NCBI GenBank assembly: GCA_041744215.1
Contig: JBGTLG010000035.1
Span: 1 to 47,899, forward strand
Direction of reading: 5' to 3'
DNA: 47,899 nt
DNA from: Fimbriimonadales bacterium
GTDB taxonomy: Bacteria > Armatimonadota > Fimbriimonadia > Fimbriimonadales > ATM1
The notes below the pieces were generated by a model, which had not been told where the DNA came from, did not search any database, and saw only the letters and a list, made by a program, of their open reading frames with translations. This document shows positions 19,246 through 30,172 of this stretch, in pieces. Positions within the stretch are counted from its first letter, which is position 1. The number at the start of each line of letters is the position of its first letter. Both the position numbers and the translations under genes were made by a program.

Positions 19246-19719
19246 ATGAACCCCTACCTGCCCATCATCATTCTCATGGCGATTGCCGCAGTGATCTGCA
19301 CTGCCATGGTCGTGGGCTCGTGGCTTTTAGGTCCCAAGAAAAACACTCCGTACAAGTCTGCGCCATTCGAATGCGGCGTGACCCCGCTCGGTTCGGCTCG
19401 AGAGAGGTTCCCAATCAAGTTCTACTTGGTTGCAATGCTGTTCATCCTATTCGATATTGAAGTCGTGTTCCTGTGGTCCTGGATGGCTGTGTTTAGAGAA
19501 TGGGTCGAGATCGGGAGCCCCATGGCTGCCTACAGCTTTTGGGCAGTGATGCTTTACATGTTCCTGTGGTTCGTCGGCGACCTATACGTGATCCGGTCGG
19601 GTGCGCTCGAATGGGAAGGCAGCGAGACACTCCACCCCGAAAAACTCAAGGGTGCATTGGCGGACGACGAGGCGGATTTGCGTTATGCGGAAGGATATCC
19701 GGCGAAGGTGAGCGCGTAG
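19246..19719 (+). CDS. nuoA: NADH-quinone oxidoreductase subunit A
   Basis: PFECG, FYLVAMLFILFDIE and GALEW motifs. Confidence 0.96.
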   Translation: MNPYLPIIILMAIAAVICTAMVVGSWLLGPKKNTPYKSAPFECGVTPLGSARERFPIKFYLVAMLFILFDIEVVFLWSWMAVFREWVEIGSPMAAYSFWAVMLYMFLWFVGDLYVIRSGALEWEGSETLHPEKLKGALADDEADLRYAEGYPAKVSA

Positions 19720-20322
19720 ATGCCCGCGCCGATATATCAGGGCGAACGCCTCGAAGTCGTCAAAGTTCGCGAAAGGTTTCCGTCAGCAGTTTTGAAAGTC
19801 AAGGAGTTCCGTGGCGACACTTTTATCTGCGTCACAAGAGAATCGCTGCGAGCAGTTTGCGAGTTTCTTCGCGATGATCCGGACCTCGAATACAAAATGT
19901 TCTCAGAGTGTACATGCGTGGATTACAGCGCCTGGGAGCATGAGCGAGATCTAACAGAAAGATTCGAGGTCATTTACAACCTCTTCTCGCTCAAGTACTT
20001 CTCGAGAATCTTTGTTAAAGTCGGAGCAGAAGACGGAGTTCCGATTCCAACGATGACAACCGTCTGGCCGGGGGCAGAGTATCCCGAGCGAGAGGTTTGG
20101 GATCTTTACGGCGTTGTTTTTGAAGGACATCCGAAGCTGGAGCGGTTCTTGCTTCCTGATGATTGGGTCGGATTTCCCTTGCGAAAAGACGTGCCGCTCG
20201 GCGGCGAAGACGTCGATTTCGCCCAGAATACGAAAGGGCCCGCAGTCGAGGACATCTCTATGCCGCACGCAGGCGAAAGCTTCGAAGGCAAGACCGGTTC
20301 AGAGGACGTGAGCGGAAGATGA
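19720..20322 (+). CDS. nuoC: NADH-quinone oxidoreductase subunit C
   Basis: RFEVIYNL, EREVWDLYG..F.GHP and PLRKD motifs. Confidence 0.95.
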   Translation: MPAPIYQGERLEVVKVRERFPSAVLKVKEFRGDTFICVTRESLRAVCEFLRDDPDLEYKMFSECTCVDYSAWEHERDLTERFEVIYNLFSLKYFSRIFVKVGAEDGVPIPTMTTVWPGAEYPEREVWDLYGVVFEGHPKLERFLLPDDWVGFPLRKDVPLGGEDVDFAQNTKGPAVEDISMPHAGESFEGKTGSEDVSGR

Positions 20323-21542
20323 GCACACAAGATCTCGAGTTCATGCCCTCGACGGATACCGTGTTCGAGCGAACAGGCGAAAACACAATCGTCATCAACA
20401 TGGGCCCGCAACATCCAAGCACGCACGGCGTTTTGCGGGTGATTCTCGAGCTTGAGGGGGAAACCATTGTCAATCTCGAATGCGTGATTGGCTATCTCCA
20501 CACCGGAATGGAGAAAGAGGGTGAGTATCAGCAATACCTGAAGTGCGTGACGATGACCGACAGAATGGATTATCTGTCGGCGAACAATAACAACTTGGCT
20601 TACGCTCTCGCAGCAGAAAAGCTTCTTGGGGTTGAAGTGCCACCACGTGGTCAAGCGCTTCGAGTAATCCTCTGCGAACTGAGCCGAATCGCAAGCCATT
20701 GCGTTTGGTTAGGAACGCACGCTCTCGATTTAGGCGCGATGACGCCGTTCTTTTGGATCTTTCGCGAGCGCGAGAAGATTCTCGACATGTTCGAAATGTT
20801 CTCTGGCGTCCGTATGATGCCAAGTTGGATCGTTCCTGGTGGCCTACGTGGAGACATGCCCGAGGAATTCGAAGGAAAGCTGCGAGATTTTATCAAAGAG
20901 TTCATTCCCGCGCTTGCCGAAGTGGAAGGCCTCTTGGTCAAGAACCCCATTTGGGTTGAGCGAACACGAGACGTAGGAGTGATTTCTCCCGAATTCGCGT
21001 TAGCGCTCGGTTTGTCTGGGCCAATCACCCGAGCATCGGGAATACCTTGGGACCTCCGCAAAAGCAATCCCTATTCCGGCTACGAGAACTATGACTTCGC
21101 AATTCCAGTTGGCAAGAATGGCGACGTATATGACCGATTTCTTGTGCGAATCGCGGAGATGAAAGAATCGATCAAGATTCTTCAGCAAGCAATCGACGGA
21201 CTTCCCGAAGGGCCGTGGAGCAGCGACGACCGTAAGATAGTTCCACCGCCACGCGAAGAACTTGATACATCGATGGAATCCCTTATCCATCACTTCAAGC
21301 TCTGGACAGAAGGCTTCCACCCGCCAGTCGGCGAAGTCTATCACGCGATTGAGGGCCCGAAGGGAGAACTCGGTTGGTACATCGTAAGTGACGGATCGAA
21401 CTGTCCGTATCGCTGGCACGTTCGCCCCTCCTCTTTCATGAACTTGCAGGCGCTGAAACCGATGTGTATTGGCCGTATGATCGCGGATGTAGTCGCTGTC
21501 ATCGGCAGCATCGACATCGTATTGGGAGAGATCGACCGATAA
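20319..21542 (+). CDS. nuoD: NADH-quinone oxidoreductase subunit D
   Basis: NMGPQHPSTHGVLR, GYLH, DRMDY, EGPKGE and C-terminal GEIDR; ATG 20319 overlaps the nuoC stop. Confidence 0.97.
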   Translation: MSTQDLEFMPSTDTVFERTGENTIVINMGPQHPSTHGVLRVILELEGETIVNLECVIGYLHTGMEKEGEYQQYLKCVTMTDRMDYLSANNNNLAYALAAEKLLGVEVPPRGQALRVILCELSRIASHCVWLGTHALDLGAMTPFFWIFREREKILDMFEMFSGVRMMPSWIVPGGLRGDMPEEFEGKLRDFIKEFIPALAEVEGLLVKNPIWVERTRDVGVISPEFALALGLSGPITRASGIPWDLRKSNPYSGYENYDFAIPVGKNGDVYDRFLVRIAEMKESIKILQQAIDGLPEGPWSSDDRKIVPPPREELDTSMESLIHHFKLWTEGFHPPVGEVYHAIEGPKGELGWYIVSDGSNCPYRWHVRPSSFMNLQALKPMCIGRMIADVVAVIGSIDIVLGEIDR

Positions 21543-21543
21543 C

Positions 21544-22173
21544 ATGGATGTGATTCAGATTTCCGATCTGCGCGGACGCCCACGCGCGCCACGCCCGGAA
21601 GACGTCAAACTAAACTTCTCCGAGAAGGCCGAGCGTGAGTTGGAGCAACTGCTTACCCACTATCCCGACAAGAAAAGCGCAGCTCTTCCATGCTTATGGA
21701 TAGCGCAGCGGGAGTATGGGGGCTATATTCCGTCGGAAGCTATCGCCGAAGTGGCTATACGCCTGGATCGAAGTTACGCTGAGATTGAGGGAGTTGCGAC
21801 CTTTTACACAATGTATCACGTCGGACATCCCACGGGAAAGCACCTGATAGAAGTTTGTACGTGCCTCTCCTGCCACCTTTGCGGAGCGTATCGCCTTGCC
21901 GATCATATCAAAGCAAGATTGAACATAGATTGGGGCGAAACGACTCCGGACGGAATGTTCACGCTTGAAGAGGTCGAATGTCTCGACGCTTGCGATCGCG
22001 CTCCGGTTGTACAGATATCAGATCAATACTATGGCCCGCTTGACGACACGTTGATGGATGCGATAATCGACAAACTGCGAAATGAGCAGTCTCCATCGAC
22101 CGTTCGACTAGCAGACGAAATCGTACAGGCGCAACTGCACAAAAAAGATCAAGACGAAGTTCGCGGCGCTTAG
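21544..22173 (+). CDS. nuoE: NADH-quinone oxidoreductase subunit E (2Fe-2S)
   Basis: GVATFYTMY, CxxxxC and ECLDACDRAP motifs. Confidence 0.93.
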   Translation: MDVIQISDLRGRPRAPRPEDVKLNFSEKAERELEQLLTHYPDKKSAALPCLWIAQREYGGYIPSEAIAEVAIRLDRSYAEIEGVATFYTMYHVGHPTGKHLIEVCTCLSCHLCGAYRLADHIKARLNIDWGETTPDGMFTLEEVECLDACDRAPVVQISDQYYGPLDDTLMDAIIDKLRNEQSPSTVRLADEIVQAQLHKKDQDEVRGA

Positions 22174-24239
22174 TAGTGCCAGTCGAGATCGGTCACTTCT
22201 TTGGCGTGCTTTTCGATGTACTCACGGCGAGGCTCGACTTTATCGCCCATCAGTTTTGAGAACATAGTTTCCGTTTCAAACTCGTTCTCCGGGTTCAATT
22301 CCACCTGCACGATGGCTCGAGTTGCCGGGCTCATCGCCGTTTCCTCAAGCTCTTCGGCGTTCATCTCTCCAAGACCCTTGAATCGCGTTACGATCACGTC
22401 CTTCTTTCGCAATCCTTTGATGATTTCGTCTCGCTCAGCTTCATCCTGCGCATAATAACGCTCGTCTTTGCCCACCTTGATTGTAAACAGAGGAGGTTTT
22501 GCAAAATACACGTGACCCTGCTCAATCAAGGGTCGCATGTACCTGTAGAAGAACGTGAGCAAAAGCGTCCTGATGTGTTCACCATCAACATCAGCATCCG
22601 TCATAACGATGATCTTGTGATACCGCAGCCTCGAGATATCGAAGCCGGTATCAGGTTTGCCATTGCCAGATGCGCCTTCCTCCTCATCATGGCTGCGACC
22701 GACGCTGATATCGATTCCTGTCCCAAGCGAAGAGATGAGCGACTTTATCTCCTGATTGTCAAGCGCTTTGTCGATCCGTGCCTTCTCGACATTCAGAATC
22801 TTTCCTCTGATCGGAAGTACGGCTTGAAACTTCCTATCGCGACCACCTTTCGCGGGCCCTGCGGCAGAGTCGCCTTCGACGATAAACAACTCCGACTTTT
22901 TCGGATCCTTCTCGATGCAATCTGCTAACTTCGCAGCGAGGCCATAGTTATCAACGGCACCGCTTCGCCTGATCGTTTCTGCGGCCTTTCGCATCGCCTC
23001 GCGGACCCGTTGCTCTTCCATCGACTTGTCGATGATGATCTTGGCAAGTTTCGGGTTTTCTTCAAGAAACTCCTGGAGCCCCTCACCCACGATTGAGTTC
23101 ACGATGCCTTCAACTTCGCTGTTGCCAAGTTTCGTCTTCGTCTGCCCCTCGAATTGCGGGCGATAAAGCTTAACCGCCAACACCATTGTTAGCCCGCCGC
23201 GAACGTCGTCCCCAAGAAAGTTTGAGTCCTTCTCTTTCAGGATGTTTGCCTTTCTTGCATACGAATTTATTGCACGAGTGAGCGCCGTCTTAGCGCCGGT
23301 CAAGTGAGTGCCGCCTTCGATTGTGTGAATGTTGTTAGCGAAGGACATAACCGTCTCTTTATAGCCGGTATGGTATTGCAACGCGCACTCAACCTCGACG
23401 TCATCTTTAACACGCTTGAAATAAATCGTCTTGTGTAGCGTTAGCTGCGCTTCGTTTATGTCCTCGACAAGTGCGCGAATCCCCGTCTCAAAGTGAAACG
23501 TCACGTTATCATCAGGATTGTTCTCATTTACGAAAACCAGTTTCACCTGAGGATTAAGATAAGCCAGTTCGCGCATTCTCGACCTGAAGAGGTTGGGGTC
23601 ATACTTTGTCGTCTCAAAGACGGTCGTGTCAGCCATCCACCGCGTTGTGGTTCCACGCCCTGACGCCTTCCCAATTTCAGCAACATCCGATTCCGGTACA
23701 CCGCGAATGTATCGCTGCTTGTACATCTTTCCGTCGCGCTCGACAACAACCTCACACCACTCAGACAGCGCGTTTACGCACGAAACTCCAACGCCATGCA
23801 GCCCGCCAGAAACGTGGTAGCCGCCGCCGCCAAACTTCCCGCCAGCGTGCAAGGTGCACATAACTATCTGCAACGCAGATACTCCGTACTTAGGCATGAT
23901 GTCGACCGGAATTCCGCGGCCATCATCCTGGATGCTGACGGAGTTATCGGTGTGTAGCGTCGCTATAATCGTATCGCAATGCCCGGCGAGCGCCTCGTCT
24001 ATCGAGTTGTCGAGAACTTCATTGAAAAGATGGTGTAGCCCTCGCGACGCGGTATCACCAATATACATCGATGGACGCTGGCGAACCGCCTCGAGACCCT
24101 CCAAAACTTGAATGTTCTCGGAGGTGTAGCCCGACTCCACTTTGTCGGCGATAGTGTCTCTGGAATCGCCCCCATTGGGCGTGAGAATCTCTTGCTCTTC
24201 CGGCTTGTTTTCGCCGTCTTTATTTTTGCCTTTTGCCAT
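22170..24239 (-). CDS. gyrB: DNA gyrase subunit B
   Basis: LEGLEAVR.RP.MYIG, DNSIDE, LHAGGKF, EGDSA, RGKILN, DADVDG and KGLGEM motifs. Confidence 0.93.
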   Translation of the reverse strand: MAKGKNKDGENKPEEQEILTPNGGDSRDTIADKVESGYTSENIQVLEGLEAVRQRPSMYIGDTASRGLHHLFNEVLDNSIDEALAGHCDTIIATLHTDNSVSIQDDGRGIPVDIMPKYGVSALQIVMCTLHAGGKFGGGGYHVSGGLHGVGVSCVNALSEWCEVVVERDGKMYKQRYIRGVPESDVAEIGKASGRGTTTRWMADTTVFETTKYDPNLFRSRMRELAYLNPQVKLVFVNENNPDDNVTFHFETGIRALVEDINEAQLTLHKTIYFKRVKDDVEVECALQYHTGYKETVMSFANNIHTIEGGTHLTGAKTALTRAINSYARKANILKEKDSNFLGDDVRGGLTMVLAVKLYRPQFEGQTKTKLGNSEVEGIVNSIVGEGLQEFLEENPKLAKIIIDKSMEEQRVREAMRKAAETIRRSGAVDNYGLAAKLADCIEKDPKKSELFIVEGDSAAGPAKGGRDRKFQAVLPIRGKILNVEKARIDKALDNQEIKSLISSLGTGIDISVGRSHDEEEGASGNGKPDTGFDISRLRYHKIIVMTDADVDGEHIRTLLLTFFYRYMRPLIEQGHVYFAKPPLFTIKVGKDERYYAQDEAERDEIIKGLRKKDVIVTRFKGLGEMNAEELEETAMSPATRAIVQVELNPENEFETETMFSKLMGDKVEPRREYIEKHAKEVTDLDWHY

Positions 24240-24313
24240 GAATTCCTAATGCCCAATTCAGGGCATCCAACAGTGATAAGGACGTCAAACTTTCCCCTTT
24301 TAGACGTCTCCAA

Positions 24314-24319
24314 ATTATA
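24314..24319 (-). promoter_or_regulatory. consensus -10 element (TATAAT), probably for gyrB
   Basis: Minus-strand GGGTATAAT overlaps the upstream gene's TAA stop, about 75 nt before the gyrB ATG; no good -35. Confidence 0.45.
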
Positions 24320-25835
24320 CCCCGAAACCCCCTCCTCCAGGTGTCTCAATTCGAACCCGATCTCCTCGATTCAGCCGTATTGAAAACTTCGACGGCATCT
24401 GCTTCCAACTGCCATTTTGACGAATCTTGCAGGTGCCCGGGCGACCTGCTGCTCCACCGGAAGCGCCAGGTGGACCCATCGTCTGCCGATCAGCCATTAG
24501 AGTTACGTCGATGCCATCTTCAAGCAGCTCAAACTCGCGAATCACACCGTTTCCGCCCGGCATCTTCCCACCACCGCCAGACCCGTCGCGGATCGCATAA
24601 GCGACAACGCAGAGCGGCATTTCTATCTCCAGCGCTTCAATAGGCGTGTTGCGAGTGTTCGTCATATGGCTGTGTATCGCTGCCACACCACATCGGCTTG
24701 GCCCGCCGCCAGCTCCTCCAGCAATAGTCTCGTAGTACGCCCAATCTTTCGTACCGAACGCAAGGCTGTTCATCGTTCCTTGGCTGCACGCCGGAACTCT
24801 CTCGGGTAGCGCACGCGACAAAGCTTGCATCACGACGTCGACAACTCTCTGACTCGTCTCTGTGTTTCCGGCGACTACAGGTGCAGGACTTTGCGCATTA
24901 ACCAGCGACCCAGCAGGAGCGACAACATCGATAGGTCTCCAACACCCTCCGTTCGTCGGTGCGCCAGCCGCGAGGCATCGGATCACGTAGTAACAAGCTG
25001 ATCTTGTGACTGCCTCCGTCGCATTGAGGCCGATGGGTCGCTGTGAATCGGTGCCCGTAAAATCGAAACGTATTCGATCTGCCTCGACGGTAACTGATAC
25101 CTGTATCTTTGCAAGCAGTTCTCCACCTGGCATGTCTTCGAGAACGTCCGATGCCGAATAAACGCCGTCCGGAATTGCTGCAATCGCCGCTCGCGTCATA
25201 TGTTCTGCGTACTGGAGACACTCATTGAACCGGACCACAATCTCATGGCCAAACTTCATCGCAAGGGACGCGAACCTCTTTGCGCCAATCGCGCATGCTG
25301 CGACTTGTGCCGAAAGGTCTCCATTGCGCTCAGCCGGATTTCGGCAGCGCGACAGGAGTTGCTTGATCGCGCCTTCACACAGCTCGCTGGGCGGAACAAT
25401 CACTCCTTCTTCGAGAATCGTATCGACTGGCGCCAAACTGCCAGGGGCTGACCCGCCAACGTCCGCATGATGCGCGCGCGTTGCCACGTAACCAACGACT
25501 TTCCCTTCGACATCGACGGCGCGCAAAACCGAAATGTCAGGAAGATGCGTACCTGCAAAATAGGGGTCGTTCGTGATGTAAAGCTTGCCGATCTCGATAT
25601 TCGGACCATCGAGGAGCCACCGCTGCATCAAGAACTCCATCGCTCCAAGATGAACTGGTATATGCGCGGCCTGGGCTATCAACCGTCCCGCTCGATCAAA
25701 GACCGCGCATGAGTGATCCCTCCGCTCTTTGATGTTGGGAGAATATGCGACGCGCTCTAGAACGACTCCCATCTCGTCGGCGATCGACGCAAACAACTCC
25801 GTGAAGAGACCAATTCGAATTGGATCGAATGCCAT
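24315..25835 (-). CDS. hydantoinase B / 5-oxoprolinase subunit B family protein
   Basis: YSPNIKERRDHSC, HIPVHLG, NDPY.AGTHLPD, HHADVGG, HSHMTNT and TPGGGGFG motifs. Confidence 0.93.
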   Translation of the reverse strand: MAFDPIRIGLFTELFASIADEMGVVLERVAYSPNIKERRDHSCAVFDRAGRLIAQAAHIPVHLGAMEFLMQRWLLDGPNIEIGKLYITNDPYFAGTHLPDISVLRAVDVEGKVVGYVATRAHHADVGGSAPGSLAPVDTILEEGVIVPPSELCEGAIKQLLSRCRNPAERNGDLSAQVAACAIGAKRFASLAMKFGHEIVVRFNECLQYAEHMTRAAIAAIPDGVYSASDVLEDMPGGELLAKIQVSVTVEADRIRFDFTGTDSQRPIGLNATEAVTRSACYYVIRCLAAGAPTNGGCWRPIDVVAPAGSLVNAQSPAPVVAGNTETSQRVVDVVMQALSRALPERVPACSQGTMNSLAFGTKDWAYYETIAGGAGGGPSRCGVAAIHSHMTNTRNTPIEALEIEMPLCVVAYAIRDGSGGGGKMPGGNGVIREFELLEDGIDVTLMADRQTMGPPGASGGAAGRPGTCKIRQNGSWKQMPSKFSIRLNRGDRVRIETPGGGGFGV

Positions 25836-27286
25836 TACAGGATGTACTTTGACAGATCGACGTCCTTCACAAGCTCACTCAGCTTATCCCGAACCGCCAC
25901 GCCATCGACGACCACGCTTTTGGCACCGCTATCTGGGGCATCGAACATCGGTTCCTCCAGAAGTTTCTCAAGGATCGTGTGCAGTCTGCGTGCTCCGATG
26001 TTCTCCGTTCTGCTGTTAACCTCGTGCGCCATGTGTGCAATTTCATCGACGGCGTCTTCCGTAAACTCAAGTGCGACGCCTTCGGTTGAAAGCAACTGAA
26101 CATACTGCTTTGTTAGCGCATTCTTTGGTTCCGTTAAAATTCGTCTCAGGTCAGCTTCGCCCAGATCGGTAAGTTCCACTCTGATAGGTAGTCGACCCTG
26201 CAACTCAGGAATCAAGTCGCTTGGCTTCGACATATGAAATGCGCCCGCCCCAACAAAGAGGATGTGATCGGTCTTTACGGGCCCATATTTAGTTACTACC
26301 GTCGAGCCTTCGATGATCGGGAGCAAGTCCCTTTGAACGCCTTCGCGCGACACATCAGGTCCATGGCCGCTGCTCTTCCCTGCGATCTTATCGATTTCGT
26401 CAAGGAAAACAATGCCGGTCTGCTCGGCTCGTTCGATAGCCTCTTGCGTCACCGAACCGCGATCGATCAGTTTCTTTGCCTCTTCTTGCGTTAGTATCTC
26501 TTTCGCTTCCCGCACGTTTACTCTGCGTTTCACGCTCTTTGCAGCGAATGGCCCACTCATCTGCTGCGGCAAGTCGAGCCCCATCTCCTCCATTCCTTGA
26601 GGAGAGAACACTTGGAAGAACGGGTTGGTCGCCTCCTCCACATCAACCTCCACAATCTCCTCATCGCGCGATCCATCGATGACCTGCGCGCGGACCTTAG
26701 AGCGTTGCCGCTCATAAGCCTCAGCTGCTTTCTTGCGGTCCTCCCGATCATCTTCCGGCTCACTCTCGCTCTCATCTGACGACGCAGTTTTCCCGGCAGC
26801 AAGCTGCTCGAATGCCTGGAAAATGTTTCCAGCATAAGCAGGTTGGCGCTCATCGCGCAAAGGGCGAACGATCATATCGACGATTCGATCAATCGCGCGC
26901 TCCTCAGCTTTCGGGGCCACCTCTTCGATTTTCTCGTTCTCCACCAATCTCAGGGACACATTGACAAGGTCGCGAATGATGCTGTCGACATCTCTCCCTA
27001 CGTAGCCCACTTCTGTGAACTTTGTCGCCTCCACCTTTACAAACGGAGCGCGCGCAAGCTGCGCCAATCTTCGAGCGATCTCGGTCTTCCCGACACCGGT
27101 CGGCCCGATCATCAAAATGTTCTTCGGCATGATGTCTTCGCGCTGATCCTCTGGCAACCGTTGTCGGCGATAACGGTTGCGCATCGCGACAGCAACGGCG
27201 CGCTTCGCTGCATGCTGGCCGACGATGTAGCGATCAAGCTCAATGACAATCTGGCGTGGCGTGAGTTCTTCAATTGGGAGCGGCAT
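25835..27286 (-). CDS. hslU: ATP-dependent protease ATPase subunit HslU
   Basis: [50 protein letters not shown] and C-terminal DLSKYIL; start at ATG 27286. Confidence 0.96.
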   Translation of the reverse strand: MPLPIEELTPRQIVIELDRYIVGQHAAKRAVAVAMRNRYRRQRLPEDQREDIMPKNILMIGPTGVGKTEIARRLAQLARAPFVKVEATKFTEVGYVGRDVDSIIRDLVNVSLRLVENEKIEEVAPKAEERAIDRIVDMIVRPLRDERQPAYAGNIFQAFEQLAAGKTASSDESESEPEDDREDRKKAAEAYERQRSKVRAQVIDGSRDEEIVEVDVEEATNPFFQVFSPQGMEEMGLDLPQQMSGPFAAKSVKRRVNVREAKEILTQEEAKKLIDRGSVTQEAIERAEQTGIVFLDEIDKIAGKSSGHGPDVSREGVQRDLLPIIEGSTVVTKYGPVKTDHILFVGAGAFHMSKPSDLIPELQGRLPIRVELTDLGEADLRRILTEPKNALTKQYVQLLSTEGVALEFTEDAVDEIAHMAHEVNSRTENIGARRLHTILEKLLEEPMFDAPDSGAKSVVVDGVAVRDKLSELVKDVDLSKYIL

Positions 27287-27345
27287 GGAACGCCCAAATC
27301 TTACCAGGAAGGAGCCTCGCGGGGAAGTGTCGAACTCATTCAAAA

Positions 27346-28101
27346 ATGCTCCTAACGTTGCTCGCGGCGGCTACGCAGCCCACCATCTTCTACGACGGGT
27401 TTGAGGCAGGGAACCTTGACCTGTGGGGGGATCTTCGCGCCGCAAACATCCGCATCGTCGAAACTAACCCCTTCGCAGGCGAAAAGTGCGCTGAGTACAC
27501 CGCCCCTCCCGGCCGAGAGTCTGGCGGGCACGCGGTTCGGTGGTTCATGCCGGGCTACGACGAAATCTACGTGTCGTTTGCAGTCAAGTTCGCCCACGAC
27601 TTCGATCAAGGCAATCACATGCATATGTGCTGGGTCGGCGGCAATCGAACCGACAACAGATACAGTTCGCTTGGAAAAGCGGGAATCAAGCCAAACGGCA
27701 CAGATTTCTTCGTTACAGTAATCGAGCCCAATCGGGAACGAGGGGCCGCGGAAGCTCCGGGAACTCTCACGTTTTACAGCTACTGGCCCGATATGCAGGC
27801 GGCTCCAGATGGAAAGCACTGGGGAAACACACTCGCATCGAATCCAAAGATCCAAGTGCCGAAAGAAAAGTGGGTGGTTATGACGATGTGGATGAAACTC
27901 AACACCCCCGGCATTGCGAACGGCGAGAAGGCCTTTTGGATGGATGGAAAGCTGGGTGGCCATTGGAAGAACATCCGATTTCGCGATTCGGACATTCTCC
28001 GACTAAACTCATTTGCGCTTGACCTTTACATCCACAATTCCACACGAACCAATCGAGTCTGGTTCGACGAGGTGAAGATTTCAACGAAGAAGCTTGAGTA
28101 A
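27346..28101 (+). CDS. secreted polysaccharide-lyase-like / LamG beta-sandwich protein
   Basis: FYDGFE.G, KLNTPG..NG...WMDGKL...IRFR and WFDEVKIST pattern; short signal peptide. Confidence 0.65.
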   Translation: MLLTLLAAATQPTIFYDGFEAGNLDLWGDLRAANIRIVETNPFAGEKCAEYTAPPGRESGGHAVRWFMPGYDEIYVSFAVKFAHDFDQGNHMHMCWVGGNRTDNRYSSLGKAGIKPNGTDFFVTVIEPNRERGAAEAPGTLTFYSYWPDMQAAPDGKHWGNTLASNPKIQVPKEKWVVMTMWMKLNTPGIANGEKAFWMDGKLGGHWKNIRFRDSDILRLNSFALDLYIHNSTRTNRVWFDEVKISTKKLE

Positions 28102-28141
28102 ATCGTGGCGAGCATAGCCCGCCATTTGGGAGGTGAGAATA

Positions 28142-28639
28142 GTGTCAACTTTTGATTCAAAAATGGCGACTGCGATGACGGTGTGCATTGTGCTCTTCTT
28201 CATTGGAGTGATTACGCTCCTAATTGCAGTGTCGCCATTTGGGCTTGTGCTTGGTACCGGGCTGCTCGTGGGCTCTATCTTGCTCATGGGGCTCTCAGTG
28301 CTAATGTTCGGCATCTGCCTTACGGTCGGCGCAGCGACACGCAGCGCATCCGTTGCGAAGGCCAGATCTGGACCCAAGCAGAGAATCGCTGCGAAGATAG
28401 ATCGCGTATGGGTGACCGATCGCGGGCGAGTAGTTTCACCTGAAGAGGTCGACCTAAAGTCGCCCGGATACCATGTCGTTTTGATGACAGTCGATGGCAG
28501 ATCCCACGAGTGCGACACCGCACCCGAAGTAATCCGCGAATGTGTCGAGGGGTCGTGGGGCTGGGCCGAAGTTCAGGGCGACTGGCTGGGGAGCTACATG
28601 CGAGACCCGCAACTCTATATGCAATACAGCGGACGCTAG
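28142..28639 (+). CDS. hypothetical membrane protein (2 TM plus soluble C-terminal domain)
   Basis: Two long hydrophobic segments. GTG 28142 is well spaced from GGAGG; starts at 28133 or 28163 are also possible. Confidence 0.75.
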   Translation: MSTFDSKMATAMTVCIVLFFIGVITLLIAVSPFGLVLGTGLLVGSILLMGLSVLMFGICLTVGAATRSASVAKARSGPKQRIAAKIDRVWVTDRGRVVSPEEVDLKSPGYHVVLMTVDGRSHECDTAPEVIRECVEGSWGWAEVQGDWLGSYMRDPQLYMQYSGR

Positions 28640-30114
28640 TTTGCTTGACGAAGAAGCACGCGACCCGGCCGAGCACCCGTCATCCGTTCGGATTGAAGCA
28701 CAGCCACGCCGTTGACAAACACGTGGTGAACTCCCTGCGAAAAGGCACGCGGATCGCGGGTGGTCGCTCTGTCACCGATCTTAGCGGGATCAAAAACAAC
28801 AATGTCGGCTACTTTGCCGACAGCGATTTCTCCGCGAGTCGAGAACCCGAATCTGGAGGCCGGCATTCCAGTCGCCTTGTGAATGGCTGATTGCATGGTG
28901 ATAGTCCCTTGTTCGCGAACGTACCGCGCAAAGAACCGCGGAAACGCCCCAGCGCCGCGAGGATGCGAACCGCCAATCGCCCCATCTGAGCAAAACATAG
29001 TGTGCGGTGAAAAAATGAGCTTGCGCAAGTCATCTTCTCGCATTGCGGTACAAACGATGGACTCAGTGCCCTGTCCGTCTGGGCCATGAGTTCTCCGGAC
29101 GATTTGAATGATGACTTCCGCTGGCGATTTGCCGAGCATCGTCGAAAGATCATCGATCGTCTTTCCTACCCAAGATGGATCTGGCGAATAGGTGCTAAGC
29201 AGAACATTCTTTGGCCCGCCCACTTCTTCCAGCGCCTTATTCCAAACGCCTGGATCATTCCAGTTTCGATCGAGAGTCAGCACCGTAATCGTGGATTGCC
29301 AATACGTATACGGATAAACATCTGCGGTGATGTCGAGCCCTTCCATTCGTGCGTCGTTGATCAGTCTTAGCGCAGCCGATGCCTGACCCCACACACTGGC
29401 CGTCGCTAGTTTGATATGCGAGATCTGCGCAGGAATCTTTGCCTCTCGCGCAATTCGAATAAGCTCTTCTATCGAAGCCATTGCGCCGTTGCCTTCGTCG
29501 CGCAAATGCGAGATGTACATCCCTCCATGTTTCGCGGCGGTTTTCGCTAACGCAATGAGTTCGTCTGTTGTGGAAAAGAAGCCTGGATCATATTCGAGCC
29601 CCGTCGACAGCCCAAGAGCCCCTGCGCGCATATCTAAATCCAGCAACTCTTTCATTCGCTCAACTTCATCCGCCGTTGCTCCGCGCCTAAACCCATCTCC
29701 CATCACTTTGGTTCTGATAACTCCGTGGCCCGCAAACGCGGCGAAGTTGAGCGCCGGCCTCGACAATCGAAGTCGGTCAAACATCGAGCGAATTGGCGTC
29801 TCACCACCGCCGTCTTGGCCGACGACAGCGGTTGTGATGCCCTGTCGAATCTGGCTCTCCGCAAGAGGTTCACCGACAATCCCGCGATCGGCATGGCTAT
29901 GGGCGTCGATGAATCCTGGCGATACAACAAGCCCCCCACAGCGGTAAACAGTCTCCCCGCTCCGCGGCGACAGGTCGCCCAACTCAACAATCCGATCGCC
30001 GGAAATGCGAACGTCGATGTGCCGACCCGGCGCACCAGTGCCATCGAACACCAATCCACCCTCCAAGAGAACACTGTTCGATGACAAGGCGACAATCAAT
30101 GCGCTAAGAAGCAT
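28636..30114 (-). CDS. N-acyl-D-amino-acid deacylase family amidohydrolase
   Basis: PGFIDAHSH, GLSTGLEY, SHLRDE, SHIK, SDG and HPRGAG.FPR motifs; short hydrophobic N-terminus. Confidence 0.92.
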   Translation of the reverse strand: MLLSALIVALSSNSVLLEGGLVFDGTGAPGRHIDVRISGDRIVELGDLSPRSGETVYRCGGLVVSPGFIDAHSHADRGIVGEPLAESQIRQGITTAVVGQDGGGETPIRSMFDRLRLSRPALNFAAFAGHGVIRTKVMGDGFRRGATADEVERMKELLDLDMRAGALGLSTGLEYDPGFFSTTDELIALAKTAAKHGGMYISHLRDEGNGAMASIEELIRIAREAKIPAQISHIKLATASVWGQASAALRLINDARMEGLDITADVYPYTYWQSTITVLTLDRNWNDPGVWNKALEEVGGPKNVLLSTYSPDPSWVGKTIDDLSTMLGKSPAEVIIQIVRRTHGPDGQGTESIVCTAMREDDLRKLIFSPHTMFCSDGAIGGSHPRGAGAFPRFFARYVREQGTITMQSAIHKATGMPASRFGFSTRGEIAVGKVADIVVFDPAKIGDRATTRDPRAFSQGVHHVFVNGVAVLQSERMTGARPGRVLLRQAN

Positions 30115-30172
30115 TGTGCGATTCTAACCCGTACTCAACCCGCCCCGCCGCCCGTGCCACAATACGCCGCTA

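Noticed and set aside
18666-19263. DinB and NuoA both begin MNPYL
   Set aside because: Codons differ at synonymous sites and the similarity ends after a few residues; most likely coincidence.
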